Source: Bigelowiella natans CCMP2755 (taxonomy: Eukaryota > Protista > Cercozoa). Taken from it: 64,000 nucleotides of DNA. Positions 11,190-24,700 of the stretch are shown piece by piece. Positions within the stretch are counted from its first letter, which is position 1. Every line of letters begins with the position of its first letter. A program made the translations under genes and the position numbers. The notes below the pieces were generated by a model, which was given only the letters and a program-made list of their open reading frames with translations, searched no databases and was not told the origin of the DNA. The stretch covers positions 25,580-89,579 of the forward strand of contig ADNK01000742.1 of NCBI GenBank assembly GCA_000320545.1, in the 5' to 3' direction.

Positions 11190-14100
11190 TCTATGTATAC
11201 TCGTGGCCCTGGCGGGTGAGCTATCTTATGCACTGATGAGACCTATTCTCGGGTGTTCAGGAGATCGACTTTGGGATGCTACGGAGCTGGTTCGTATGGC
11301 TTCCACTTCCCACAAAATATTCCAAAAAATGTTGACGCAATGAACTTTTCACACAAATCCGTGTGATAATTAGAAGATATCTTTTCAGTGATGATGACTG
11401 GATGAGAAACTGCTCCCTGCGACAATCAACTTGGGACGTTTGCTTTGAAATGAACGGCATGAACGTTTAATAGAAAAACGCCATCTGCGAAATTGAGTTG
11501 TCCATGCAGGAAAGGCTGTGCATCTGGTCCAAGGTTGGGGAGATGCACACGTTGCGGAAGGGATTCCGCACATGACGACAATAATCATAGGCGAAATTTC
11601 GAAGAAAACATACCCATTCTACATTTAAAAAAAACTTAAATTCGGACGACCAAGACACTTCGACGGAACAAGAATGAGGCTCAATGGTTCGACCCGTCGG
11701 CTGTGTTGTCTGTTTGTCATTCATCAGTAATTAACTTGTGGGACGAATTGTGGGACGAATATTTTCTATGTTTATGATTGAGTCCTCTACTCGAATTTCT
11801 TACATCCATGAATGGTTCTCGGCATCCTCGGAGTTCTAAGGACATGCCAACAGTGTTTCCATAACATGAAACTATTGTTTGCCGTACAACTAGTAAATGT
11901 TTCATATCAATGTGATCTTCAATCAAAAGGAAAACTTTGACGGCCTCAAGAAAGAAGAATATATAATAACTACCTCTAAAGAAGACCACTCTAACAATGT
12001 CACACCCCCCGTTCATGCAAAACCGGGATCCGATCACATTGCAAACAAGGCGAAAGAGTCCAGCAGCACCCCGGCAGCGCCCAAACCCAATCACATGGGA
12101 GAAATCGGTCTTACCGATGCCGAAAAGTAGGACTCCCAAAAGGTAAATGTATTGGCACAGCTCACGCGCTTTATTTATTCCATTTTTTTGGTCGGCAGAT
12201 CGAGCCCAAAGTCCACTGGCATTAGTCCTAAGGCTCGGGGCCGAATAGACTTATTTGTACGTAAATTTGATAGCGGGGAATACCAAATTGATACATGATA
12301 CCTCCGATTGACAGCATTGTGGTATTCTCGAATGGTCACATAATTTGCATGGGGTACAGAGAAATAATCGAGCCAAACGCGCAGCAAAAGCCATTCTCCG
12401 CAACTACACTGCGCTAGGAGATGAGAAAAGAACGACAAAGTCAGATACCTACCCAGTTGGAGACAAAACCTGCACACACCGATACACTCTTAATTTCGTA
12501 AAGTCGTCTTCTTTTTTGTAAGCATGTATGTTATCGACACTCGTTCATATAATGATCCGTTGTAACGTATATTATAATCACTGAAGGTGCTTTTCACCGA
12601 GCTCACGAAATAGTAAAGGGAAGGATACACATAATGCACTCTCTCCGAGCTCTCGAAGCAGCATGTTTCACGGGATACTCCCAACCCGCAAAGCGACTGC
12701 ATCATCGAGTGGCTTCAAAATCGTTGTGGACCATTTTGCTAGCCAAGGATGCCGACCTAGTATGGAGGTCGTAAGTAGCATTTCAACTGCCTGCATGGAG
12801 AAAGACGTGTGTAGATTTGGATTTCTTTTGAGCCTGGGTATTACTCAATTTCAGGACGAAACATTAGAATGTGCGGAGTTCTACATACCGAATCACCAGA
12901 GGTTTGGTGGCGAGAAGATCGTTTCCTATAGCAGCATTGCTGTAGATTCGTAGGACTCAAATGATCAATCTAAACGTTGAAATGCTATAATTGATGCGTT
13001 ATCAACTGTCTGAATATGTTAACACTAGGCCTGGCCCGTGGTCCTTTCACGGAGTGTTTGATGGCCATGGAGGTTCGACGTATCAATTAACTTTTTAAAC
13101 GGACTATGCTATTGTCAAGCCTCCATCCACTCTTCATATCCATCCCCCGATATTGGTAGAACTGATATTGGAACTGTTCCACCGCCAGGCAAGCGCTCAG
13201 CAACATTCGTCAAGTCATATTTGCACAAAGAAGTGATCAAAGAGCTGAAGACGGTTTGTAGTCTTATTTACTTATTCGACATAAAAATGCGTCTTTTTCT
13301 CTATCCCTCCCACAAAACGCCATAATGATGATCCATTTTCTAGCGTCTGAACGATACACGTCTTGTCGTACTACAGGGAAGCTCTGCGAACGCTGCTCTA
13401 GTACGGGCCTTTCAAAAGATCGACAGGAAATTATGTCAGCCTCTCATTAAGTATCGATTGATGGGAAAAGATTTGATGGGCTGTTGCGAACGTGTGTGTG
13501 GGGGTTTGTGCTGTTGTTCTTATTTCATAGATCAGGTGAACGAATTCTCAGGATGTACAGCGATTATTTGCTTAATATACCACCCCACCGGAGAAGCATG
13601 GGTATTTCATCTATCTGCTTATTTATATAGAACTTTTCCCCGATCATCTTCACAAAGTAGAATATGCAGATGAACACGTCCTCCCCCTCATTTCCGTCTT
13701 ATGACTTGTCTTTGGCCAGACTGCAAATGTAGGCGATTCGCGTGCAGTTCTCAGTCATGATGGCAAAGCTGTTCCTTTATCGAAGGTCACGCCATGCAAT
13801 TTATATTGAAAGGGAAGCCTTATTATGAAATAAAAAATATTTTCCTAAAACGACAAAACATCGCAGGACCATAAACCAAATAGGCCTGACGAGCTAGCGC
13901 GAATCAAAAGAGCAGGTACATTATTGCCTTCATTTTCTACTACCTGTTGGCCATTTTGCGGTATGCCTTTGCCAAGTTTAAGGCAATTACAACCCGGTAT
14001 ACTAAGCGGATCAAACCACATGCGTTCACATAGGCGGAATGGTGTTCCACTCTCGTATAAATGGAGAATTAGCTGTGTCTCGGGCTTTCGGAGATGCGCG

Positions 14101-14556
14101 ATGGAAGCGTGACAGGAACAAACTCGTTACTGCGGAGCCAGAAATTAGCTACAGAAAGCTTTGTAAAGAGGTACGTGGAATCACCTGTAAGCTCAATATC
14201 TCGGTTTCATTCGATAACTCATTCCTATGATCTCTTCTTAGGATGACTTCATTGTTCTCGCTTGCGATGGTAATACTAATCTTCGTTGATTATTTAAATG
14301 AATACAGCTGCGGCAGCTGCAAATTGCTTTGTCATATAAACGCCTTTTATCTCAAAAATTTACGTAACCAGGCTTGTTCGATGTCATGAGTAACGGTGAG
14401 GTTACAGCTTTCATCAAAGCAACTAGAAAGATAGGGAAGAAAGGTACTTCAGGGATTGCGGAAACCATCGTCAACCATTCTATTGTCAGCTTAGAAACTA
14501 TGGACAACGTGTCAGTGTGCATTTTATTTTTCAAGTGGAACAAATTAAAAAAGTAA
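11190..14556 (+). CDS. PP2C (PPM) protein phosphatase with long N-terminal extension; start uncertain
   Basis: Exons spell SQGCRPSME/D, FHGVFDGHGG, SGCTAIICLI, TANVGDSRAVL, DHKPNRPDELARIKRAGG, RINGELAVSRAFGD, DDFIVLACDGLFDV and TMDNVSVCILF, with stop at 14554-14556. The core (12587-14556) is secure. Upstream exons from about 11190 are only plausible. Confidence 0.85.
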
Positions 14557-14761
14557 TAATTCATATATCTATTTATGTATGTGTGAGAAGGTCCAAATAC
14601 CTTTGAAAGAATGTACACTATTAACGCGCACGAATTATTAAGACGTTCACGCTCAAACATGCCGTGCGTTTTCACCACTGTCGTCAACCTAATGCCGCTA
14701 TGCAGCATCTGTTTGCATTTGTCCTAACAAACAAACACACAACAACAGTCTGTTCGTGTTA

Positions 14762-15048
14762 TCACATGATTTCGATCGTTGTGGATCCATGTCAGCAGTG
14801 CGACTTGTTCGCAAGGCACGTGCATGCGTGCATGGCAGCATGACACTAGCATGTGTGCGCCCTCACAACGTGTGTGCACACATGCTTGTTGCCTGAGCAT
14901 GCCCGTCACCACTTCATGCTCTCATTGCCATCATTGTCATTGTCATCATTCATCATCGTTTTCATCATTGACGCTCATTCAAATGAACACAGTTCCTGCA
15001 CAATGATCGACGATGATGACACTGTGAGTTGATGGGATGCACACACTG

Positions 15049-15082
<34 letters not shown>

Positions 15083-15830
15083 TTCGTTTGCAAGGAAAAC
15101 ATTTTGTTGAACTTGCGTGTCTAAAGATCTTGTTCTTCCAAGGATCTGAGCACGTGTGCGTGCAGCGCAGCGCTGATTCAAAGCTTCTGAATTCGTTTGA
15201 TGTCCTCATCAACAGCGGTTTGGATCGATTCGCTGTCAACCGCACCTGTGATGGCTGCTCTCTAGGAGCGAGGATGGATTCACAACGTGGACCACATGAG
15301 TTCATCCGATCATGTTGTTTAGGTGAAAAAAAACTGCTGCTTCACAGTGGCAATGTCTGCTCACACAGTGATGATGGTGGCCCAAAGTTCAACCACCAGC
15401 CGCTTCCATCGAGGTTGTTGATGACACAACTTTGCACAGCACGATGAATGGACATCCTTGAATGAATGAACAACTTGAAAGAATGAATGAATGAAACGGT
15501 TCCACAGGAACGGTTGAAAGGATCACAGGATCACAGGTCACGCCAATGCCGAACAATGAACAATGATGACAAACTGCACTTCCAAAGTGTTGCAAGACAT
15601 TTGCAGTGTGCGAAACGCAGTGCCTCGAACTAACTTCAGTGAGACCTAACTAGTGAAACCAGAAGGAATTCAAGAACAACATTCTAGCCATTCCTGAGGG
15701 CTACATCTAATCGACGGAAGACGATCACGGTCTCGGCCCCGGTCGCGAGCACTGAGTGAACTTGGCATCGGGCCGCACCCTTTTTAGGAAAAAATGACCA
15801 CCAAATCTTTTCCAGATGTTGTCGCAGATG
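14762..15830. other. TpA-depleted island with intron-like content
   Basis: All 11 TAs counted are in CTA/TAG context. It contains a (CA)n tract, tcat/atga low-complexity runs and a gtgagt donor-like site at about 15024. Confidence 0.85.
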
Positions 15831-15897
15831 CAGATTATCCTGGATTCGTTTGACCTACAGTTTCCACAAAAGAAACGCTTAGATCTAACTCGCGCCG

Positions 15898-17559
15898 ATG
15901 TCGGCGCAGGTGCATCCCAGTGAACGGACGGCACAATCGAGTAACAAGTTTAGAGTTCATAGTACTCATGCGGCCACAAAGGAACAGAAAAATAGAAGCC
16001 ACGAACTTGAGGCAGGCGAAGCAGAGGAAGCACGTCATTCAGATGCACAGGTAAACGAGGAAAGGAAGCAACTTCGAGCCACCTCCGTTACCAACTTGGA
16101 GAAGTCCAATCCAACCCCTGACAAATGGCATCCTAGAGATTCTTGTGAAGCGGACCTTGAGACGGCCTGGCGACTGGCAGAAGACAGGTGCTGCGGTCGG
16201 CTGCTCTCTGGATGCTCTCTAACATGTGGGGCCCTTGGCAGCGCCTGCACGGCCATGTCAAAATTCAACTGCTGCTATCGGTGCTTTCTTTCGGTTGTGC
16301 TCTCGCTTTTCATCCTACCGAAAGAGCTCGCGAGTTACTTTGCCATCATTTTCGCCCCGGAGGTGATGGCGTTCACGTTCCTCCTGGACACGTGGGACAC
16401 AGTGTCGGACGTCATTTTGGCGGTGAACTTTGGCGGCGAGAAAGTCGAAAATTCATTATTCATTAACTTGTTAACATTTCATTTTATAGCAGGACAAGTG
16501 TGTTTTCTCTTAAAATGGTTTTAAACGTTTTTATATTAAGTTGAACTAGAAGTAAATGAAGAGAATATTTCAACAATAATTTGATGTCGGACAGGTGGAC
16601 TACCAGTTTTGGGTCATCATGGCGCTCATCTTCGGAACGTGGAATCTGGTCCTAATCCCAACCCTAACCCTATTATCCTTAATCCTAGACCAATTCCAGC
16701 CCAAACCCTAACCCTAGGTATATGAGTTCTTCTGGATCGTGCAGGGTCGTAGCAGGCTGACAGCCTACAAGAGCTTCATGATCAATAATGTAGCCGACCC
16801 CCACAAAGCCCCGGGCAGCGACACCGGAAGCAATAGAAGAGGTAAGTTCGCCAACACTCTTGCCATGTTCGGTCGCTGTGTAGCGGAGGATGGTCTGGTT
16901 ATGATTGCAGCTCTTCTGCGCGGGAAGAAGATAGAGGGGCTCGGAGGTATTAAGATCTTTGTTATGTCAGTAAATATTTTTAAAAAGATATGATTCAATA
17001 TTTTTGAAAAGATATGATTTATCTTCATTTAAAAATTCATACTCCATATTTTTTAATACATAGAACAGTCAGCGTTCGCCACTTCACTGCTGTTCCTGGC
17101 CCTTTGCATCCTGAACATGGCCGACCTGCTAATTTTAGTATTCAGCCATTCGCTGAATGAACGAAATCCTATTTCTCCGGTACTTTTTACTCTTTGTGTG
17201 GGGGGTATCCCCTTCGGGGTTATGATCACCCTTTGGGTTCACTTCCTCCTCCTTTTCTTTACGGACGTGGAATACAGCGAGATAGCCCAGGCGTTCATCC
17301 ATTTGGCTGGTGTCATCATATTAATGGTGTCATTCTGCAGCCTTGGCTGCCAATCGTTGCCTCTGGAAACAGTAGGAACGAGATTCACCAGCAACAAAGA
17401 CAATTTCCGTATTGGAACCTTTTCGCCAGTAGTGGACATCTGTGGGCGGCTCGATGAGTGCTGCGCGTGTGCAAAGGAGAGCAAGGTACGTACGTGGCAT
17501 CGTATGTGCATGTATGTGTCGGTGCACATGCATGTGTCTGTGTGTGTGTGTGTGTGTGC

Positions 17560-17598
<39 letters not shown>

Positions 17599-17750
17599 GT
17601 GTGTGTTGATACTTGCATAAATTTGAACATGTAGATGGATTCCGAGGATCGTAAAAGCTTTTTCATGCACGCCAGCATGTGGATGTTCTCACGAGTTAGC
17701 AAGCCAGCGGCTTGGACTTCCGGTTTGATATGCTGCCTGGCTCAGTGAGT
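15898..17750 (+). CDS. Multi-pass membrane protein of unknown function (multi-exon; 3' end approximate)
   Basis: ORF 15898-16524 plus further GT-AG exons encode several TM-like segments (LLDTWDTVSDVILAV, FWVIMALIFG, CVAEDGLVMIAALL, TSLLFLALCILNMADLLIL, IPFGVMITLWVHFLLLFF). Confidence 0.55.
16650..16717. repeat. Degenerate CCCTAA telomere-like repeats in an intron
   Basis: Contains cctaatcccaaccctaaccctatt and aaaccctaaccctag. Confidence 0.6.
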
Positions 17751-18014
17751 GCCAAATCGCCAACATCACCTGAGCCAGAGCACCCGCAATCTTCCACTCC
17801 ATCAGGGAGGGCTGGCATCAAGTTGCGGACGGGAATGTTCTTGTTAGAGATTCAAAATATGCATCCTCCGAGTATTTAAATTACATATTTGAAGATAGCT
17901 CCTACTATCGATAACATGGATAGTCATATATCATGGAAGCCATGCGAGATATTTCTTTTTCCAGAGAGTTGTGTGAATATTGTCCGCACTCACCTCGGGA
18001 GATGTGGGTTTAAC

Positions 18015-18520
18015 CCATCGAAGCTGGGAACCTCTCCAAGCTAGCAAGGCTAGGGACATCAAGGTCCGTGGTCGATGGACCACGAGTTCCATCGGTGAAG
18101 GCTTGAGGAGGAAAACAAAGCGCTCATCATGCAAAAAACATGGCACACATGGTGCTTTCCGATCCGTCAAACAATCATTTAACACTCGTCGCGTTCATCG
18201 AAGAACTACCATGCCATTTTTACTCGATTGACGATTACGATTTTCTGGCGCTACAACATGTGCATGTTCATGGGACGGATGCAATGGATTGATTGAACAT
18301 TTTCAACACAAACGTCATCTCAATCTAGCAATGTAGCTATGCAATGATGTTGCAGCAGCCGTGAAAACATGTTCCCAGCGGCTGCCCAGCGCTCATGCTG
18401 CATGTTCCATCTGATTGTTTTCCGCTGTTGCATCTTCGATTCATGCACGCAATGCAAAGACATTCATGCACGTCGCCTCGCACGCGGCGAGAAGTGGGTC
18501 CTGTGACACAATTCTTTTTT
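18015..18520. other. Small TpA-depleted island
   Basis: 18241-18520 has 4 TAs, all CTA/TAG. 18015-18178 has only two, both CTAG. Confidence 0.65.
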
Positions 18521-18749
18521 TGTGTATTTTTAACATATTCTGCGATACCTATTGATATATTCTCGTTACTGCATTGACTCTTTCGTGAGAAGTAGTACTT
18601 AAACTCTCTTCATCATACATGCTCCCTGTCTTAGGTTTCTGCAGAACTCTATATCAGAGGAAGCACCGCATGCTGCTTCATTAGGAGGTGCAACCTTCAT
18701 TTCGTTGCCTTCCAAGAGGGTACTACCAAGAGAAGCTAAGTTTGAATCT

Positions 18750-21700
18750 ACTGCTGGCGTTTGGTTTCTTGCGATTTTGTTTCAACATTATCAAGATCCC
18801 GGCGTCCTTCCGGAGCATCAAAGCCCTATATTGCCATCAAATCGCGCGGTTATGAACAAATAGTAATCCCCCCCCCCCCCCCAAACCGTATTATAAGAAT
18901 GAATTGAAGGCGGGGTTTAATCATATCTCAGATGAAATAAAAAATGATGACTCGTTCTGCGAGATTCCATCATATACGACCAAAAACGTTCTCATCAAAA
19001 GAAAACTTGACATTGCTAGCACCGCTCTTCATAGTGGACCTCCCACTTCTCCTGTCTAAGTTTCCCTCTTTTGTTGTACCTCCTGTTCAATCGATGACGT
19101 CGATTTATTTGGAAGTGAAAATGAAGCATTGAATCCAAAACCACTGTTGCTTACAGAGCCGTCTTCTCCGGATTTCTTATCATCCATTTCTACACACGTA
19201 TATAATAATGCGTGGCGCATTTTTCAGCATTATTACAGTATAACAGGTGCGCTCTAAAATGAAGTTGTCCAAGACGAAGCAAAGGGAGCTGCTACCTACT
19301 TTAATTACCATGTCTACTTCACCTAACTACTCCTTCTAATAAACTAATGCACTGAAAAGCGCACACGAGCACACACATCCCTCTACCTGGCACCGTGTTA
19401 TCGCCGGAAGATTCCACTTTCGGAAGCTCAGATATCTCTCCAGACGGTGATTTGGTAGGCTTTTCGTTCACGATAGTTACGGCTGGCAAATCTTGACTAA
19501 ATTATATGTAAATATGTTATTATGTCTAGTTGCGAAACTGCACGGCAAGTTCATTTATGGTGATGTGTCACAGATTGCATTCGTATTCTAAGAGAGGCCT
19601 CACCCGCAGGCCAGCAATGACATTATTAATGTTTGTGCATCAGCAAATCTGTCTACATATTTTGAATATTCTTGTGAATCTTTTGCTAACGATTCTAGAT
19701 TTCGAACTCCTCCTTCCTAATCTTACATTATGAGTAGTACCTCGTTGCAGAGGATAATATGTTTTTGGGCATCTTCAGCTGGTGCTGGGGGTTGTCGCCG
19801 TCAACACTGCGTGGTGTCTCCGCTTCTTTCTTAGTATCCTGATCTCTAGAACTATCTGAACCATTGTTGTTGCGTGCATGTCGTCTTGACCTTGGATTTC
19901 TCGGAGACACTCCATCTGCTTCTCCTCCGTCGTGCTGCCTATTTTCTCTAGACCTCGATCGAGATCGAGATCTGTCTCTGACAATCACATTTGGGGCAGG
20001 TTTCCAGCGCCCACCTTCTGCAACCGTTGACTGCAACCTGTCAGCGTATTCAATGGGAACCCGTAGTGGCAACGACAGAACGCTCAACATCAGCCATCGG
20101 AGCTTCTGCCTCGAGCCTTCCTCGTTCTTGTGGAAACGATTCAGCGCCAAGAACTTGCGATAGTCAGGCTTTGTAATGTTGAGGTTGAAGAAACGGTGCA
20201 TCACGAAGGACCATTCGCTCATGTAGCGTGCCTCCCAGAATCGCGAGTGTTTCTTGTGGCGCAGTACAGTCCGGCGAAGCGTGTGGAGAAGTATAACATC
20301 GAAGCCTAGTGTTTCGTCCTTCTTTTTCTCTTCTTTGCCCTTCTTGAGGTTGATCTTTTTCTTCACTTCCTCACGTTTCTTAGCTTCGTGCGACATAGAA
20401 CCCTTGCTCATACTCATACTATGAGCAGTGAATTTTGAGTTGGATTTGGTATCAGCACCTTCTTGGCCAGCAGCAGCTCCCTTCGATTTATCTGCCTCAG
20501 GTTCCACGATTTCATGAAGCACGCCCAAGTCCATTTTGCCCAAGTCCATCTCAGTTGATCGCTTGCGATCATGGTGCTTGACTATGGCGGCCTTGAGGTC
20601 TATGCTGAATACGTAGGCATTTCCTTGATCGTCAGTCACAATGAGGCTTTTGGAAGGGTTTGGACGGGGGATGTGCATCTTTGTTATATTAATAGGACGC
20701 TTTCGATTGTCCAGTTCTTGCGCAATCTCGCCGTGTTCTGTCAGCAATGGTGCCTTTGAGAGCTTGAACCATTCAACAGCCTCAAAGGTTCGTCCCTATT
20801 GCATTCAGAACATAGGAAAATGTTACACACGTAGGAAAAGAAGTGATGGAGGAAGGCGGAAAGGAAGAGGAGGAGGAAGAGGAGGAGGAAGGGGAGGAGG
20901 AGGAAATTTCTCTCGACGTGCACGACGACCTTCTATCACAAGTTAACAACTTGCGTAATGGTAGAACACATACACAACATTATCTCATCATCATCATCAT
21001 TTTTCTACACCTGATAATCTTTAGAGTCCGCAAGGCGATGTCCTTCGAAGTGATTGGACTTACCTCCTTCTTTCATGATGACTGGCTTCACGGTATACGT
21101 ATCATGTATTTTAAGCGTACCGACGTTCGCAGCATCTTTATCGTCAACTGGCTCTGATGCCTTTTGGACCTTTTTGATCTGAACAAGTAAGCCATGCCCC
21201 TTGCCCGGTCCATCGGGTGCAATCATCACCGCCCGATCGCCGACGAAGAAAGTGTTTTGTAGGTAGTGTCGTATTGAACGAACGTTAATTGTCTGTAGAA
21301 TCTTCATTCCATCTCGCAGAGAAATGACGGCTATGGTCCCCATAGTAAGCACGAAGCAGATGCTTTGGTGCTGTTCCTTGTAAGGAAGAAATTGGAGAAT
21401 CTTCCGGCCAAGCTGCAGCTGCTTCGACCCTTGTCTGTTAGGGGCTATTCGAGACTCAGCTCCCATAGAGTATATCTGTGGTCGGATCGACCCATCGTCA
21501 GTCCCTGCTAATATAACGAGATCCTTCTCCTTCGTAGCATTAACATCATCGAACATGTGCGTGACGGTGGTAATCACAGACACAAAATCATCGAAAGTCT
21601 CCCGATGAACTGCCCGACGTAGCACACCCATCGGAGACCCGTTCTCGTCCAGTTCGAGGCGCATTGGCGAGATATCAAAGGTGTGAAGCTTGCTCTTGCC

Positions 21701-24700
21701 GTCACTCTCTGTGTACACTGCTAAGATTGTGGGCCAACGGCGGCGCTCAATGAGATGTAGGCCGGAGATCTTGGAATCGAACGGCTTCATGTAGAAGGGA
21801 TCAAATATTAAAGGTACCGAGTTCCTTTCTTCACCCCAAACAACTTCAAAAAGACATACCTGGCCGTCCTCGCCTGCTGTAACGACTAATGAGCCTTTCC
21901 ACTTGGATTTAGGGCGAGGATTAGAGATATGCATGTGGGTTACACTTCCCTCGTGCACTGGATAGTCGACCTCAATGTCGTCTAGTTCGGGCCATACCAT
22001 AATCCCTTCCATGTTCCAAAACCGAACACGGCCATCCGTTGCGCCAGATACGACATAGGATTGGTCATCAAGGCCGTGAACAAACCCGATACAGGAAACC
22101 GAGACCTTTGCATCCTCGCGTGTCTCTAGGTGGCCGGTCCACTGGGCAGAATTCCCTAAGGGAACATCCCAAGCGTGAATAGATCCATCGATGCTCGCGC
22201 CAACAACGTATCGCTTGTCCCGTGAAATTGCAACATCGTTCATGTGCTCTATCTTGGGCTTCGAAGGCTGTTTCTTTTTCTTTTTTGGCTTCTGTGGTTC
22301 TAGTGGGGAACCAGGGCCGAAGTCTAAGGTTTCTGATTTAAGCTTATCATCGAACAATATGTCTTCAATTATGTTTCCTTCGTTGTCCTTGGCATCGCCA
22401 TCATCCTCAAATCTCACCTTAATCCGATTCGTTTTGTCATTATCCAAGGTACTGCTTACATTGTCGTCGTTCAATATGTTTTCGACGGCCTTTTCATCCT
22501 CTTGATCAATACCACTACCCTTACTACGACTATTTTGCTTGGGAGGGGTGTGATCTTCGCCCAGCTCGTTTGGTTTCTCGGCAGGGGTTTGGAGAGGCTG
22601 TTTCTGCTCTTCTTCCGCTATTGCTCCTAGTTCCTTCATCAAGACGGGTGTTTTGGAGTTCTCCGCGTATTCGATATCACTCACTCTCTTAATCTCCTCG
22701 TTGGCTGACTTCGTGACACTATAATGAACAAGTCCGCCCCTTTTCTTTCCACCCCAACCGTCGATAGTCACGAAACCCTGTGACTTCTGGTCCGCGCTCG
22801 GGTTTAAGAATAGCAGAGGAGCTGTCCTGAACTTAGCCATGACTTTAGAATCTGACTGTTGGAGATATTCCCATATTCTTTTCCGCCTGCAATCGGAGAC
22901 AAGGAAGGGTGAGATTCCTGTGCAATGGGCCTGTGAGACTCCTAGAATCTCCTCGAAACACGACTGACACATCTGCTGGATGCGACGAGCGAACTGTACT
23001 TTGTCTCTCATTGGCGTGTTATCATCATCAATCCACGCATTCGCGAAGATAACGCCAAGATCAGAGAGGATCGGGGATTTCGATATCATATTCCGCACAC
23101 TCATCTGAGCCCTGTCCATCGCTCTGCGGATGGAAATTTTGGCGAGGTTTTGGCGCTCTTCTAATGCCTTTAAGTTATCAATGTTGACAGTTGCTCCTGC
23201 CTTTTCAAATTTCTTTTCTTTGATGGATGTCAATCCGGCCCCGCCTACGTTGAGACTAACGGACTCACTCCCTATGCCTCTCTGAGACTCAGCACGCGAT
23301 GACGATGACAATAATCGTTTCTTTTCGTCTTCCTCCTCATCATCATCATCGCCATCACCTCGGCCACCAACTTGAGCTCCGGGGCCGTGTTTAGTATCAG
23401 AAGTATTGATACTTAAAGGATGTTGAATATCTTCTTCACTCATTTTGGAATCAGGTTCATTGGCATTTTCCTTTCCAGTACCATCATCTTTCTCGTCTTC
23501 TTTCCCCTGTGATTTAGTTGCTGGATCATCGACGACTTTCTTATCCGTGTCTCCTGTGAGGAAAACAGAGTTGAACATTGACCTCCATGATGAGCCTTCT
23601 TTTTCTCCCTCCTCTTTCTTCTGCTCATCCTTTGTTTCATCTTTCTTTTCCTCGATTTTCTCGCTCTCGTCTTTTCCTGCATTCACCTCGCCTTTGTTCG
23701 AGTCGTCTTCTTTGTTTTCCTTACCTTCTTCTTTCTCCTTTGGTTTAGCGGATAAATCATCGTCGCCTCCAGTGGAGGCGGAAGCAGGAGAATTCTCATT
23801 CTCGCCTTTGTTCGAGTCGTCTTCTTCGGTGATATTCTTACTTTCCTTACCGTCCTCCTTGTCCACAGAAATCCCATTTTCGCTCTTTTCTCTGTCCTCC
23901 TTTGATTCGCCATCCATATTTTTATCGCCGCCATCGTCGGTTGACTTGCTTTCTTTCGCATTGTCCTTTTTCTCCTCCTCTTCTTTCCTGTCGTGACTCG
24001 TAGTCTTGTCGGTTATTTCTCCTTCCGAACTCACTTTTCCCTCTTTATCTTCTTCTCTTTTGTCCTCTGATATCTCCTCATTTTTCTCTGGGATCGTTGG
24101 GGGAGGTCGCTTTTTGGTAGTTTGTGAGAGGGAAGATGTTGCTATCATGGGCTTTGACGCCTTCGACATCTCTGGATGCTTCTTAAAGTCGTCCAAATTT
24201 ATACCGGGACTACTTATGGCCGTGTTAGATATGTAATTCTTTGTCTTTTTCTTTGTAAAGCGCGGGGCGCTTGGCTCCGAATCCTCATCGCACCAGTCAA
24301 CGCAGCAGCAACATTCCCCTCTATGTCCATCAATGTCCCTCTCTTTTGAGCAGCATCCGCCAGGTTCGCAGTGCTCCTTCTTGCAAACTAGAGCCATCCA
24401 TACGTTGGCTTGTGAGAATTTTCTTCTCTCAAGAGCCCACATGTGCTGACAGTACTTGAATCGGAGGATCGTTTTGATGACAGGAACGGTGTCATGCAAT
24501 TCGTCCCACACGGAGATGAAAATGTAGGAACCGGTTGCAGTAATCGTCAGAATCACAGCAAAAGCAATGACTGTAGCAAGCTCCCCGTCTATCGGAAGCT
24601 CTTCTGTCAAAAACACTGTACCTATAAAAAGCACGACGATATGGTTCCAAAGTGCAGCGGACTCGATCTCGTTGAGTTCCGACTCCACAAACGGGTTGAA

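Noticed and set aside
23687-23826. Duplicated 26-bp segment encoding EDDSNKGE
   Set aside because: An ordinary small internal duplication in a low-complexity linker.
23445-23996. Ser/Phe-rich plus-strand ORFs
   Set aside because: They are antisense shadows of the Glu/Lys/Asp-rich tail of the giant gene.
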